Shown: positions 18,791 to 29,215 of the stretch, in pieces
How the letters are laid out: every line of letters starts with the position of its first letter
How positions within the stretch are numbered: the stretch's first letter is position 1
Assembly: GCA_022821265.1 (NCBI GenBank)
Contig: JAJEDW010000076.1
Coordinates: 1 to 49,106, forward strand
Source of the DNA: Acidobacteriota bacterium
Lineage (GTDB): Bacteria > Acidobacteriota > Terriglobia > 20CM-2-55-15
Reading direction: 5' to 3'
DNA: 49,106 bases
The notes under the pieces: model-generated
What the model saw: the letters and a program-made list of their open reading frames with translations, nothing else
The model's database searches: none
What the model was told of the DNA's origin: nothing
Made by a program: the position numbers and the translations under genes

Positions 18791-20509
18791 TCAGCGCCCC
18801 GCCGACGCCAGCGACCGTTCGATCCGGGCCCAGGCGTCCCGCAACGTCACCGTGCGGTTGAAGACCGGCCGCTCCGGCGTGGAATCGGGATCGGCGACGA
18901 AATAGCCGACGCGTTCGAACTGGAAGCGCTCTCCGGGTGAGGGCGCCCCCAGCGCCGGTTCCACCCGGCACCCCTTGCGCACCTCGAGCGAATCCGGGTT
19001 GAGGTAGGCCACGTAGCCGTCGCCGGGCTCCTCGTCGGGGGCTTCCTTCGTGAACAGCCGGTCGTAGAGCCGGACCTCCGCCTCGACGGCGTGGGGCGCC
19101 GACACCCAGTGCAACGTCGACTTGACGCGCCGTCCGTCGGGCGCCGAGCCGCCCCGCGTCGCCGGATCGTACGTGCAGCGCAGTTCCACCACCTCGCCCG
19201 ACTCGTCCCGGACGACGCCGGTGCACGTGATGAAGTAGGCGTAGCGCAGCCGCACCTCGCGCCCGGGGGCCAGACGGAAGAACTTCCTCGGCGGGTCTTC
19301 GCGGAAATCCCCGCGTTCGATGTACAGGACGCGCGAGAACGGGACTTTCCGCGTTCCCATGGCCGCGTCCTCGGGGTTGTTGATCGCGTCCAGCTCCTCG
19401 GTCCGGTCTTCCGGATAGTTCTCGATGACCACCCGGATCGGATCCAGCACCGCCATCGCGCGCGGCGCCGTTCGGTTGAGGTCCTCGCGGACGGCGTGCT
19501 CGAGCTGCGCCACGTCGACCGTGCTGTTGCGCTTCGCGATGCCGATCTGGTCGCAGAACGCCCGAATCGATTCAGGCGTGTAACCCCTCCGGCGAAGGCC
19601 GCCGAGCGTCGGCAACCGCGGATCGTCCCACCCGTCGACGTGGGCGTTCCGCACCAACTGGAGCAGCTTGCGCTTGCTCATGACCGTGTAGGTCAGGTTC
19701 AGCCGAGCGAACTCGATCTGCTGCGGATGGCACTCCACGTCCAGCTCGTCCAGGAACCAGTCGTAGAGCGGACGGTGGTCCTCGAACTCGAGCGAGCACA
19801 GCGAGTGCGTGATGCCTTCCATGGAATCCGACAGGCAGTGGGTGAAGTCGTACATCGGATAGATGCACCACCGATCGCCGGCTCGATAGTGCGACGCGTG
19901 CCGGATGCGGTAGATGGTCGGATCGCGCATGTTGACGTTGCCCGACGCCATGTCGATCCGGGCCCGCAGCACGTGCTCCCCGTCGGCGAACTCGCCGTCG
20001 CGCATGCGTTGGAACAGGTCGAGGCTCTCCTCGACCGGCCGGTTCCGGTACGGGCTGTCCCGGCCGGGCGCGGTCAACGTCCCCCGGTATTCCCGGATCT
20101 CGTCGGCGGTCAGGCTGCAGACGTAGGCCTTGCCCATCCGGATCAACCGGACGGCGAAGTCGTACAGGGCTTCGAAATAGTCGGACGCGTAGAAGAGGCC
20201 GTCCCACTCGAAGCCCAGCCATCGGATGTCCCGCTGGATGGCCTCCTCGTACTCGACTTCCTCCTTCGTCGGGTTCGTGTCGTCGAAACGGAGGTTGCAG
20301 CTTCCGCCGTACTCGTTCGCAACGCTGAAGTTCAGGCAGATCGCCTTGGCGTGGCCGATGTGCAGATAGCCGTTGGGCTCGGGAGGGAAGCGCGTGGCCA
20401 CCCGCCCGCCGTTCCTGCCTCCGGCGACGTCGCCGCGGACGCGGGCGCGAATGAAATCGTCAGGTTTGTCGGCGGAGCCCCTGTCGGCGGGGCGGGAGCC
20501 CTGGGTCAT
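18791..20509 (-). CDS. glnS: Glutamine--tRNA ligase
   Basis: [32 protein letters not shown] and FQFERVGYF motifs. Confidence 0.97.
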   Translation of the reverse strand: MTQGSRPADRGSADKPDDFIRARVRGDVAGGRNGGRVATRFPPEPNGYLHIGHAKAICLNFSVANEYGGSCNLRFDDTNPTKEEVEYEEAIQRDIRWLGFEWDGLFYASDYFEALYDFAVRLIRMGKAYVCSLTADEIREYRGTLTAPGRDSPYRNRPVEESLDLFQRMRDGEFADGEHVLRARIDMASGNVNMRDPTIYRIRHASHYRAGDRWCIYPMYDFTHCLSDSMEGITHSLCSLEFEDHRPLYDWFLDELDVECHPQQIEFARLNLTYTVMSKRKLLQLVRNAHVDGWDDPRLPTLGGLRRRGYTPESIRAFCDQIGIAKRNSTVDVAQLEHAVREDLNRTAPRAMAVLDPIRVVIENYPEDRTEELDAINNPEDAAMGTRKVPFSRVLYIERGDFREDPPRKFFRLAPGREVRLRYAYFITCTGVVRDESGEVVELRCTYDPATRGGSAPDGRRVKSTLHWVSAPHAVEAEVRLYDRLFTKEAPDEEPGDGYVAYLNPDSLEVRKGCRVEPALGAPSPGERFQFERVGYFVADPDSTPERPVFNRTVTLRDAWARIERSLASAGR

Positions 20510-20518
20510 CGTGTCCGG

Positions 20519-22114
20519 CTAGTCGACGATGCCCGCGAGTTCCTGCAGCAGTTGCCAGTTCTCGAGCCGTTCGTCCCGGGACGCCTCCATGGTCGGAGAC
20601 GGGTTGCCTTCCTTGTCGAAGTGCTTGGCGAACCGCCCTTCGGTCCGGGCGAAGGTGATGAAGTCGACCGGCTCCTTGGTCTTGGGGTGTATATACCAGT
20701 CGTTCTTGACCTGCGGGTTCCCCGTCAGGCTCAGCCGTTCCTTGAACCGGGAGCCTTTTCGCGGGTCGTAGATGAAGACGGGGAACGTGCGGGAGTCCGC
20801 GGCCAGCTTCGCCTGGTGCATGGCCATGTTGTCGCCGACTCCGTGCTCGGGCTGGCAGGTCGTGAACACGTTGATGATCGCCGGGCCGGGGTACTCGTTG
20901 GCCTCCATCACCGCCTTGTAGAAGTGATTGGTGTGCGCGCACGTCGTCTGGGCCACGTAGACGTCCTTGTGCATCATGGCGATATTGGACAGTTCCTTGC
21001 GGTGCTCGGCCTTGCCCGGGACCGCCTTGCCGTGGGCGCTCATCTTGGCTTCCTGGCCCATGAACGAGCTGGTCGAGGTCTGTCCGCCCGTGTTCGAGTA
21101 CACCTGGGTGTCGAGCACGAGGACGTTGATGTCCATGCCGGAGGCGAACATGCGGGACAGGGACTGGAATCCGATATCCAGCATCGCGCCGTCGCCGCCG
21201 ATGACCCACAGTTTCTTGTCGCTCCAGCCCAACTGGTCCCAACGGGCGCGTACGCCCATGGCGTCGGCGGGCGCGTTCTCGAACAGCGAGTTCGTCCAGG
21301 AGACGGCGTAGGGGTTGTAGGGGTACGTCGACGTGTAGACCGTGTTGCACCCTGTCGCCGCGACGATGCCGATGTTCTCCTGGCCGTAGACGAAGCCGGT
21401 GGCCGCCAGCATCATGCGCAACGCCGTGGCTTCGCCGCAGCCCATGCAGGAACCGGCGCCTCCCACGTACAGGAGCGAGCGCTCGGCGAGCATCATGTCC
21501 GCCAGCGCCCGTTCGTTGATGAACTTGTCCGGAGTCGGCGGCAGCTCGTTGTAGAACTTCCACGCGCGCTGGTACCAGCCGAGGTTCTCGTCGTCCTTCC
21601 GGATCATCTTCAGCGCGTCGTGGTCGCCGCAGGCGTCCACGCATTCCGCGCATCCCTTGCACTTGGTCGGGTCGATGAAGATGCCGAACTTGCCCCCGCC
21701 CACGCCCTTCTTCTCGAGCACCTTGAAGTACTTGTTCGTGATCGCCCACTGGGCGCCCATCGACTCGCGCTCGCCGGCGTCATCGATCGCGCCGAGGTGC
21801 TCGTCGAGCACGTCCGGCTCGACCGCCTTCCCCAGGATCGCCGTGTCCGGGCACTGCGTCACGCAATCCATGCAGCCGACGCAGTTGTCGGAGTTCAACT
21901 CGGGAATGTCGGGCGCGATGTAGCTGAAATCGCGCAGCGCGCCCGTGTTGGCGGGGATGACGCTCCGGGCCACCTGGTCGTCGGCCACCAGGCCCTTCTC
22001 GGCCGTCCCGTCGTTGTAGGCGCCCACGACCCGGTCGTTGAAGTCGTCGAAGTCGACGACGTTCAGGCGGATGTCCTCGCGGAGCCTCTCGACTTCCGGT
22101 TCCAGCGCTTTCAT
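20519..22114 (-). CDS. 2-oxoacid (probably pyruvate):ferredoxin oxidoreductase, 2x[4Fe-4S] + TPP-binding subunit
   Basis: CVGCMDCVTQCP and CKGCAECVDACG clusters, SCMGCGE, ATGC, GGDG...DIG and DTQVYSNTGGQ. Corresponds to the C-terminal half of NifJ/PFOR. Confidence 0.9.
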   Translation of the reverse strand: MKALEPEVERLREDIRLNVVDFDDFNDRVVGAYNDGTAEKGLVADDQVARSVIPANTGALRDFSYIAPDIPELNSDNCVGCMDCVTQCPDTAILGKAVEPDVLDEHLGAIDDAGERESMGAQWAITNKYFKVLEKKGVGGGKFGIFIDPTKCKGCAECVDACGDHDALKMIRKDDENLGWYQRAWKFYNELPPTPDKFINERALADMMLAERSLLYVGGAGSCMGCGEATALRMMLAATGFVYGQENIGIVAATGCNTVYTSTYPYNPYAVSWTNSLFENAPADAMGVRARWDQLGWSDKKLWVIGGDGAMLDIGFQSLSRMFASGMDINVLVLDTQVYSNTGGQTSTSSFMGQEAKMSAHGKAVPGKAEHRKELSNIAMMHKDVYVAQTTCAHTNHFYKAVMEANEYPGPAIINVFTTCQPEHGVGDNMAMHQAKLAADSRTFPVFIYDPRKGSRFKERLSLTGNPQVKNDWYIHPKTKEPVDFITFARTEGRFAKHFDKEGNPSPTMEASRDERLENWQLLQELAGIVD

Positions 22115-22167
22115 ATCAGACCTCGCTTCCTTCGACGGACTCGCTCCGTTGGGCGAATCGACGGCGG

Positions 22168-24180
22168 CTAAACGGCGACGCCGTCGGCCTCGGCCGTGGC
22201 CCGCATGACCGCGCGGGGCACTTCGAGGACCTCGTGGTAGCCGCGCGACACGGCCTGGAGGTTGTCCTGGACGACCTGTTCCCCGCGCTTTCCGAAGTAC
22301 TTCCGCAGCGCTTTCTCGACGCCTTCGAAGAGCCGGTCCTCGCCGATGCCGGACTCGGCCTGCAGCGGGGTCACCCGCAGGAAGACCCCCAGCAGAACGA
22401 TTCCCTGCATGCGCTGCTGCAGGTCGGCAAGCGACGACACGTCCTTGGCGATCTGGACCGTGTCGAGCGCGAACAGCCGGGCGTTCTTCTGCAGCATGAA
22501 CGCGCGCGCCCAGGACGGCACCGCGTTCCAGATCTTCTCGGGATCGCTCTGATGGCTCTGGACGAAGACCATGCCGTTGTCGGAAAGTCCCATCAGCGGG
22601 TTTTCCAGGTTGAACGCGTTGACGTCGTTCAACGGGATGAACTCGACGTCCTCCAGCTCGGAATGGACCCGGATGTGTTCCTTGGCGATGGTCAGATAGT
22701 AGGTGGTCGGGAGGCCCTTCTTTTCGGATCCGTACTTGGGATAAGCCTGCACGTCCATCCCGAAGACTTCCCCGGCGATGGTCGCGATCACCTTGTTCGT
22801 CGTGACCGACCCGTAGCCGCCGACCGAGTGCCCGCGCATCGAAAAAGACCCGGGCGATCGTACGTCCGGGTCCTCGGTGATCTCGAGCGCCGTCTCATGC
22901 TTGATTCCCAACGAGAAGTAGTGGCGCGGGCTTTCGCTGAGCATGTTGCGCATTACCGCGAGGAAATCGCCGGAACGCACGTCCCGGCTCCCCAATCCGG
23001 CCGAACCTCCGTAGAAGCGCGGCATCCCGCTGATAGCGGGGTAGCCGGGCGTACCCGCGGCCGCGTCCGCGAAGCCCGACTTGATCTCCAGAAGGAACGG
23101 GTTCGAGGCCATCATCGGGATGTCGAGGCGCTCGAGCACCGTGACGGCCTGGACATGGCGAAGGGCTTCGACGATCTCGATGGCCGGGAAGGGGCGGTAG
23201 CAGGTGATGTGCAGCAGGCCGACCTTCCAGCCGAACTTCTCGCGCATGTAGTCGACGGCGGCCTCGGCGGTCTCCATCATGCAACCCGACCCGACGATCG
23301 CGTACTCGGCGTCCTCCAGGCGGTACGGGTGGACGACGTCATACCGACGCCCGGTCATGCGGTAGTACTCGTCCATGACGGCCTTGATCGTGGGCAACAC
23401 CCGGTCGTAGTACTTCCGCTGGGCGATCTTGCCCTTCATGTAGCTGTCCTGGTTCTGCACGACGCCGGACATGACCGGAACGCGGGGGTCCATCAGGTTG
23501 CGTATCTTGTCCTGGGGGTCACCGACGAACTGCTTCATGAATTCCGGCTCGGGCAGCCGGACGTTCTCGATGGTGTGCGTCGTGAGAAAGCCGTCCTGGA
23601 CGTTGAGGAACGGCGTCTCGGTATCCTCGGCCGCGCGGCGCGAGATCAGCGCCAGATCGCCGGCTTCCTGGGCGTTGCGCCCGAACAGCACGCCCCATCC
23701 GCAGTCGGCCACGCAGTAGATGTCGTCGTGACCGGCGTGGACGTTGAGCGAATGCGAGGTGATCGCCCGGGCTCCGATGTGAAACACGATCGGCAGACGC
23801 TTCCCCGAAATCGTGTAGAGCACCTCCTTCATCAGAACCAGCCCCTGCCCGGACGTGAAGTTCGTCACGCGGCCCCCGGCGACGGCGAACCCCTCGCAGG
23901 TGGTGGCGGCGCTGTGCTCGGACTCGGGTTCGATGAAGGCCAGCCGTTTCCCCCAGAGGTTGTCCTTCCCGTTGGAAACGGCGATCTGGTAACCGCTGCC
24001 CATGGTCGTGGACGACGTGATCGGGTAGGCGCAGGCGCCTTCCGTTATCTGAGTCTCGACCCAGACGACCATGCCCGCTCCGTCGGCCGTGGTCGGAATA
24101 CCCGGGAACGGCGCGCGGGACTCGCCGGCGGCTTCGCCGGGCTGGGCGCCCGGCACTCGGACATTCAGAGTCGAACTCAT
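22168..24180 (-). CDS. 2-oxoacid (probably pyruvate):ferredoxin oxidoreductase, alpha+gamma subunit
   Basis: AYPITSST, ESEHSA, FTSGQGLVLM, QDGFLTTH, HSVGGYGSVT and KYGSEKKG. Corresponds to the N-terminal half of NifJ/PFOR. Confidence 0.9.
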   Translation of the reverse strand: MSSTLNVRVPGAQPGEAAGESRAPFPGIPTTADGAGMVVWVETQITEGACAYPITSSTTMGSGYQIAVSNGKDNLWGKRLAFIEPESEHSAATTCEGFAVAGGRVTNFTSGQGLVLMKEVLYTISGKRLPIVFHIGARAITSHSLNVHAGHDDIYCVADCGWGVLFGRNAQEAGDLALISRRAAEDTETPFLNVQDGFLTTHTIENVRLPEPEFMKQFVGDPQDKIRNLMDPRVPVMSGVVQNQDSYMKGKIAQRKYYDRVLPTIKAVMDEYYRMTGRRYDVVHPYRLEDAEYAIVGSGCMMETAEAAVDYMREKFGWKVGLLHITCYRPFPAIEIVEALRHVQAVTVLERLDIPMMASNPFLLEIKSGFADAAAGTPGYPAISGMPRFYGGSAGLGSRDVRSGDFLAVMRNMLSESPRHYFSLGIKHETALEITEDPDVRSPGSFSMRGHSVGGYGSVTTNKVIATIAGEVFGMDVQAYPKYGSEKKGLPTTYYLTIAKEHIRVHSELEDVEFIPLNDVNAFNLENPLMGLSDNGMVFVQSHQSDPEKIWNAVPSWARAFMLQKNARLFALDTVQIAKDVSSLADLQQRMQGIVLLGVFLRVTPLQAESGIGEDRLFEGVEKALRKYFGKRGEQVVQDNLQAVSRGYHEVLEVPRAVMRATAEADGVAV

Positions 24181-24396
24181 CGGAATGCCTCCCTCCCGAT
24201 CACGCGTGTGCAGATCGCAAGAACTAGAAGCTTACCAGATTCCGCGTGCGGGTGTCATCCCGGGGCGACCCATCGGACGGCGCCAGGAATCGACCGAAAT
24301 AATTGTGCGCGCGAGACTTGCGCCGACGCGGGCCCCACGCTCTCCCGCGCTGACCGGGGCGGCGGCGGACTCGGTCCGGACTCGCCGGCCATGTGC

Positions 24397-25635
24397 CTAC
24401 CCGAACAGCAGGAAGCAGATCAGGGCGCCCGCCACGGTCATGGACAACCCCCACGCCAGCAACTGGTTGAAGAGCTTCCGGCTCTCCGGCCCCGCGGCCG
24501 CGCCGGCGACGCAGAGCGCTCCGATCGTCGACAACGGCGAGACGTCGACCAGGTGGCCGCCGACGTTCATCGTCATGGCCAGCGCCTCGGCCATGCCCCC
24601 GCCCAGGTTCTCGTCGAGTCCCGGAACGATCGGCAGAAACGCCGGCAGGACGACTCCCGACGTGCTGGAATACGCCGATATCAACCCGACCGTCGCGGCC
24701 AGGAAGGGAATGATCGTCGACTGGGACGTGATCGACGTCAGCATGTCCACGAAGAGGTCCATTCCCGCGGTCATCTCCAACAGGTTGATCAGGACGGTCA
24801 CGCCGCACACCAGCATGATCGTGCCCCAGGGCATCCGCCGGATGGCCTCGTCCGTGTTCGTCGCACCGAGCAGCCCGAGCACGACCGCGGCGGCGAACGC
24901 GCCCATGCCCACGTGGATGTCGCGAAAAACGACGCCGGCGATCAGCATGCCGATCAACACGAGGGTCAGGACCTGCTTCCGGTCCAGGGGCTCGACGGCC
25001 TCGCCCGATTCGGCGACGCGATCCCTGCGCGCCAGGAGGCGCCAACCGCCGAAGACGAGATAGCCCGTGAAGGCGACGATGGCGTGTGCAAGGAAGTTGT
25101 ACAGCCAGGACTGGATCTCGAGCCCGCCCAGCCCGATACGCTCCATGACCCCGGACACGATGATGCCGGTCGGCGCAATCGGCGACAACGAGCCGGAATT
25201 CGCGCCGTTGCCCACCATGATGGCCATCAGGAACAACGGAACGTGCATGCGGACGGCCGTCGCCATCGCCATCGGCGCCAGCAGACCCGCGGTGGCGATG
25301 TTCCCCGGCCCCATCGACGCCAGCCCGCCGCCCAGGAAGAAGTACAGGATGGGCACCACGCCCACCCGTCCCCGGCACAGCCGGACCGCGTGCCGGGCCA
25401 CCTTCTCGAGCGTCCCGTTGGCCTGCGCGCCGCTGAATAGCAGCGTGACGCCGGCGAGCGTCATGAACAGGTTGACGGGGAACCCCCCGATGATCTCCGA
25501 CACCGGGAAGCCGCCCAGATAGACGCCGATGAACCATGCCAGGGCGATCGACAGCAGGCCGACGTTCAGCGATGTCGTGATGCTGAGCGTCACGGCCAGG
25601 GCCAGGGCCATCAAGGTCAAGACTCCCAGGTTCAT
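24397..25635 (-). CDS. IT-superfamily (SLC13/MatC-like) carboxylate permease
   Basis: Highly hydrophobic 412-aa protein with NVGLL, GSLSPIAPTG, YSSTSGVV and DVSPLSTIGA. ATGA overlap with the upstream gene. Confidence 0.85.
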   Translation of the reverse strand: MNLGVLTLMALALAVTLSITTSLNVGLLSIALAWFIGVYLGGFPVSEIIGGFPVNLFMTLAGVTLLFSGAQANGTLEKVARHAVRLCRGRVGVVPILYFFLGGGLASMGPGNIATAGLLAPMAMATAVRMHVPLFLMAIMVGNGANSGSLSPIAPTGIIVSGVMERIGLGGLEIQSWLYNFLAHAIVAFTGYLVFGGWRLLARRDRVAESGEAVEPLDRKQVLTLVLIGMLIAGVVFRDIHVGMGAFAAAVVLGLLGATNTDEAIRRMPWGTIMLVCGVTVLINLLEMTAGMDLFVDMLTSITSQSTIIPFLAATVGLISAYSSTSGVVLPAFLPIVPGLDENLGGGMAEALAMTMNVGGHLVDVSPLSTIGALCVAGAAAGPESRKLFNQLLAWGLSMTVAGALICFLLFG

Positions 25636-26723
25636 CGTGGGCTCCCTTCCGGAAGGCGTTTCAACGGCCAGTTCTCCTCGACGACGCCGTCGCGAACCAC
25701 GCGAATGCAATCGTACAGGTTCACGGTCGGGTCGGTGTGCGGCGCCATGAACTCGATCTTCTGGCCCAGCTTCGGCGGTGGGGACAGCGTCCCGAGATGC
25801 AGAAACCCGTGCTCGTCGCCGGCCCATTCCCAGTGGACGCCCGGCAGACCGAGCGGTTCGGGGCCGAACGGCCGGTCGGTGGCGAACGCCTTGAAACCGG
25901 CGTCCACGGTCACGCGGTCGCGGCGGTTGACGCTGATGACCGTGGCCAGGACGCGCAGCGCAGGCGCGAAGTCGTCGCCGACAACGGCCCGATAGGCGAC
26001 GTCCATCAAGGGGTAGGAACCGGCCTGCAGCTCGCTGACCTCGGGAATCTCCACGTCGATGTTCCAGGTACCGGTCGATCCCCCCGTCAGCGTCCGCGCG
26101 TTCAGGCCCGACGCGGCCAACTCCCGCTGGACCTCGATCGCCGGGCCGAAGACCGCGCGCGAATGCCGGCGCCGCGCTTCGAAGCCCTGGGTGTGCGAAC
26201 CGCTGACCGAATAGGCTTGCAGACCGGAGAACTCGAGGCCGCCGGTGGCCGCGACGTCCCGGGCCAACCGAATGGCGCGCTCGTCACATGGGACTCCGGT
26301 CCGATGGTCTCCGACGTCGAGGTCCACCAGCACCCGCAGTGTCACGCCGGCGCGGGCGGCGGATCGGGCATACATCGCCGCCTGCTCGGGATGGTCGACC
26401 ACGACGCGGACGTCGCCGCCGCCGGCCGCGATGCCGGCCACGCGATCGGTCTTGACACGGTCGGCGACCGGCGAGGTCAAAAGGACCGGGATGCCGGCGC
26501 CGGTCATGAGCTCCATTTCCCGAAGCGTCGCCACACACACGCCGACGGCGCCGGCTTCCATCTGCCGGCGCGCGATCTCCACGCACTTGTGGGCCTTGGC
26601 GTGCGGGCGGAGCCGCATTCCGGCCGCCGCGCAGGCCGAGGCCATCTTGCGGATGTTGGCTTCGAAGAGGGTCCGGTCCAGAAGCAGGGCCGGCGTCGGC
26701 AGGTCGCGAATCGCTACGCTCAC
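25632..26723 (-). CDS. DSD1 family PLP/metal enzyme (D-serine dehydratase / D-threonine aldolase / 3-hydroxy-D-aspartate aldolase type)
   Basis: LPTPALLLD, LRPHAKAHK (PLP lysine), RTG, GGSTGT, ELQAGSY, VDAGFKA, DEHG and PHTDPTVNLYD motifs. Confidence 0.88.
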   Translation of the reverse strand: MSVAIRDLPTPALLLDRTLFEANIRKMASACAAAGMRLRPHAKAHKCVEIARRQMEAGAVGVCVATLREMELMTGAGIPVLLTSPVADRVKTDRVAGIAAGGGDVRVVVDHPEQAAMYARSAARAGVTLRVLVDLDVGDHRTGVPCDERAIRLARDVAATGGLEFSGLQAYSVSGSHTQGFEARRRHSRAVFGPAIEVQRELAASGLNARTLTGGSTGTWNIDVEIPEVSELQAGSYPLMDVAYRAVVGDDFAPALRVLATVISVNRRDRVTVDAGFKAFATDRPFGPEPLGLPGVHWEWAGDEHGFLHLGTLSPPPKLGQKIEFMAPHTDPTVNLYDCIRVVRDGVVEENWPLKRLPEGSPR

Positions 26724-26762
26724 TGGACCGTCGGCAGCGGGCGGGACGCCGCCCGCCGGTCG

Positions 26763-28583
26763 CTACCCGTCGCCGCCGGAGTCTTCGTCGTCCGCGGGCG
26801 GCGGCGGATCCGGAAGCGGCTCGCCGTCCAGGACCAGCGCCACCATACGGGCCGGGACCATCGGTCCGTCTTCCTCCCCGCCGAAGCCGCCGCGGCCGAA
26901 TCCGGGACCGCTGCCGTTGACCTCGACGACGATGTACTGGCGCCCGTCCAGCTCGTAGGCGACCGGCGTGGCGAAGCTGCTGCCCAGGTATCCGGACCAG
27001 AGAGCCTCACCCGTCCCGGCGTCGTGCGCCCAGATCCGGCTGTCGCCCGGGCGGAACACCAGGTTGCCCGCCGTCGACAGCGTGCCGCCGCTGGTCCCGT
27101 TGCGTTCCACGCGCCAGACCTCGCTGTTGGTCACCGGATCCCAGGCCAGGACCACGCCGCCCCGGGGGCCCCTCAGTTCCGGCCGCGGCGGGCGATCATC
27201 GCCGGCGGCGCCGCGTCCGAACGGCACGCCGGTGTTGAACCCGCCGGGCTCGTATTCGAACTCGGCATCCACCGAGTAGAAGAAGTTGCTGCTTCCGGCG
27301 GGGAAGTAGACCAGGCCCGTATCCGGGTTGTAGGACATCGGATGCCAGTTGTGGGCGCCGCCGGGACCGGGACTCACCCAGACCCCCGTGCTCTCCGCGT
27401 CGTAGCGGGCGTCGGGGTTCTCGATGGGACGGCCGGTTTCCTGATCGATGCCGGTCGCCCAGGTCACGTCGTCTGAGAACGGTTGCGCGGAGATGAACGC
27501 GCCGCTGGTCCGGTCGATCACGTAGAAGAACCCGTTCTTGGGCGCCTTGACGATGACCTGGCGTTCCCGCCCGTCGATTTCCAGATCCAGCAGCATCAAC
27601 GGCTGCACGGCCGTGTAGTCCCAGTCGTCTCCCGGGGTGGTCTGGTAGTACCAGCGCATCTCGCCGGTGTCGGCGTCCACGGCGACGATGGACGAAAGAT
27701 AGAGGTTGTCGCCGCCTTCCGGACTGCGGATGGCGCGGCTCCAGGGCGAGCCGTTGCCCGTTCCGATGTAGAGGAGGTTCTCTTCCGGGTCGAAGGCGTA
27801 GCCGTCCCACACGGTGCCGCCGCCCCCGACGATCCACCACTCCCCGGACCAGGTCTCGGCGGCGCGCTCCATGGCCTCGCTCTCGAAACCGTCGGCCGGG
27901 TTCCCCGGCACGGTATGGAATCGCCAGAGCTGTTCGCCGGTCTCGGCGTCGTAGGCGGTGACGTATCCGCGCACGCCGAACTCGGCGCCGCTGTTGCCGA
28001 TCACGACCTTGTCGTTGACGACGCGCGGCGCCCCGGTGATGCTGTAGTCCAGGCCGAGGGGCGTGGTCTGGACCGCCCAGTCCACCAGGCCCGTGGCGCG
28101 GTTCAACGCTACGAGCCGCCCGTCGAGAAGCCCCGCGAACACCTTGTCGCCGTACATCGCAAGCCCGCGGTTCACCGGCCCGCAACACACGCTCGGCCCC
28201 CCGTCGGCACGGCTGCGCACGATCCCGGGATCCCAGCGCCAGATCTGCTCGCCGGTCCGCGCGTCGATGGCGAAGACGTTGCTCCAGGTCCCGGTGGCGT
28301 AGATCACGCCGTCGCGCACCAGCGGCGTGGATTCGAGGTTGCCGGCGGTGCCGGCGATTTCCCATTCCCAGGCCAGACCGAGCCGTTCGACGTTGGAGTC
28401 GTTGATCTGATCGAGCGGACTGTAATGCGTTTCGGCGTAGTCGCCGCCGTAGGTCAGCCACTCCGCATTGGGCGAATCCAGCAGCGCGTCCCGGTCCACG
28501 GGTTGTTGGGCGAGGACGACGCCCGCTGCCAACCCCATCGCAACGGCCAGACACCATCTCATCCGAGCCAGTGTGTTCGGCAT
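26763..28583 (-). CDS. PQQ-dependent alcohol dehydrogenase family protein (no heme c domain)
   Basis: Signal peptide VLA|[19 protein letters not shown] vicinal disulfide, [23 protein letters not shown] and GAHNW motifs. GGAAGGAG RBS. Confidence 0.93.
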   Translation of the reverse strand: MPNTLARMRWCLAVAMGLAAGVVLAQQPVDRDALLDSPNAEWLTYGGDYAETHYSPLDQINDSNVERLGLAWEWEIAGTAGNLESTPLVRDGVIYATGTWSNVFAIDARTGEQIWRWDPGIVRSRADGGPSVCCGPVNRGLAMYGDKVFAGLLDGRLVALNRATGLVDWAVQTTPLGLDYSITGAPRVVNDKVVIGNSGAEFGVRGYVTAYDAETGEQLWRFHTVPGNPADGFESEAMERAAETWSGEWWIVGGGGTVWDGYAFDPEENLLYIGTGNGSPWSRAIRSPEGGDNLYLSSIVAVDADTGEMRWYYQTTPGDDWDYTAVQPLMLLDLEIDGRERQVIVKAPKNGFFYVIDRTSGAFISAQPFSDDVTWATGIDQETGRPIENPDARYDAESTGVWVSPGPGGAHNWHPMSYNPDTGLVYFPAGSSNFFYSVDAEFEYEPGGFNTGVPFGRGAAGDDRPPRPELRGPRGGVVLAWDPVTNSEVWRVERNGTSGGTLSTAGNLVFRPGDSRIWAHDAGTGEALWSGYLGSSFATPVAYELDGRQYIVVEVNGSGPGFGRGGFGGEEDGPMVPARMVALVLDGEPLPDPPPPADDEDSGGDG

Positions 28584-28650
28584 CGCTCTCCTTCCTCCAA
28601 GTTCGGCCGCACGGGACCTGCGACTCACCGGTTTTCAACAGCGTGCGGGA

Positions 28651-28679
28651 ATCATACCGGAGCGCCGACCCATTCTCAA
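28651..28679 (-). promoter_or_regulatory. sigma70 promoter of the PQQ dehydrogenase-DSD1-permease run
   Basis: Minus strand: TTGAGA, 17-bp spacer, TATGAT. Confidence 0.6.
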
Positions 28680-28775
28680 AGCCGGGTCCGGGGTCAGGAA
28701 TCAACTGGCGACTGCCGCGCCTCCGGCCGTGCGTTGCGCTTGTTCGCGAAGTCGCCGCCGGCCGATGACACGAAG

Positions 28776-28970
28776 TCAGAACGCCTTGGCCAGCCCGGCC
28801 TGGGCGAGAACGGCGTTGGCCGTATGCCGGGACTTGATGTTGTTGTCCACGGGAAAGCTCCGCCCGGAAATCGGACTGAACCAGATCTCATGATCTCCCC
28901 GTCCCTGGCGAACGAAATAGCAGCCGGCCTCGGTAAGAGCCCTCTTCAATCGCCGCGTATATGCCGGCAT
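28776..28970 (-). CDS. hicA: HicA-family mRNA interferase toxin
   Basis: 64 aa, basic, RQGRGDHEIW..P...FPV...HTANAVLAQAGL. TGATG overlap with the upstream antitoxin gene. Confidence 0.85.
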   Translation of the reverse strand: MPAYTRRLKRALTEAGCYFVRQGRGDHEIWFSPISGRSFPVDNNIKSRHTANAVLAQAGLAKAF

Positions 28971-29215
28971 CAACCCGCCAACACGATCTCCTCGATTCGT
29001 GTCGACGTGATCTCCAACCGAATGGTCTCGCAGTCCGCGTGTTCGAGAAGATGGCGGTTGGCCTGGTACAAGTCCGGAACAAGCTGGCGAACCTTGCGCA
29101 TCAATTCCTGCTGCGTCCCGGCCTCGGCGACCAGACCCGGGAAGTCGGTGTCCGACACGTACCAGACGCCGGCCTCCGCGTCCCACGAAATCGTAGCGAC
29201 ATAGGAATGAGCCAT
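28970..29215 (-). CDS. HicB-like antitoxin (DUF1902 type)
   Basis: WDAEAGVWYV..D.PGLVAEA.T..EL motif, 81 aa, AAGGAG RBS, coupled to hicA. Confidence 0.8.
   Translation of the reverse strand: MAHSYVATISWDAEAGVWYVSDTDFPGLVAEAGTQQELMRKVRQLVPDLYQANRHLLEHADCETIRLEITSTRIEEIVLAG

Noticed and set aside
19091-25440. Very long plus-strand ORFs (19091..22171, 1026 aa; 22234..25440, 1068 aa) and similar ones elsewhere (6340..8484, 34402..37293)
   Set aside because: They are antisense shadows of well-supported genes. High GC3 suppresses stop codons, and the translations have no recognisable motifs.
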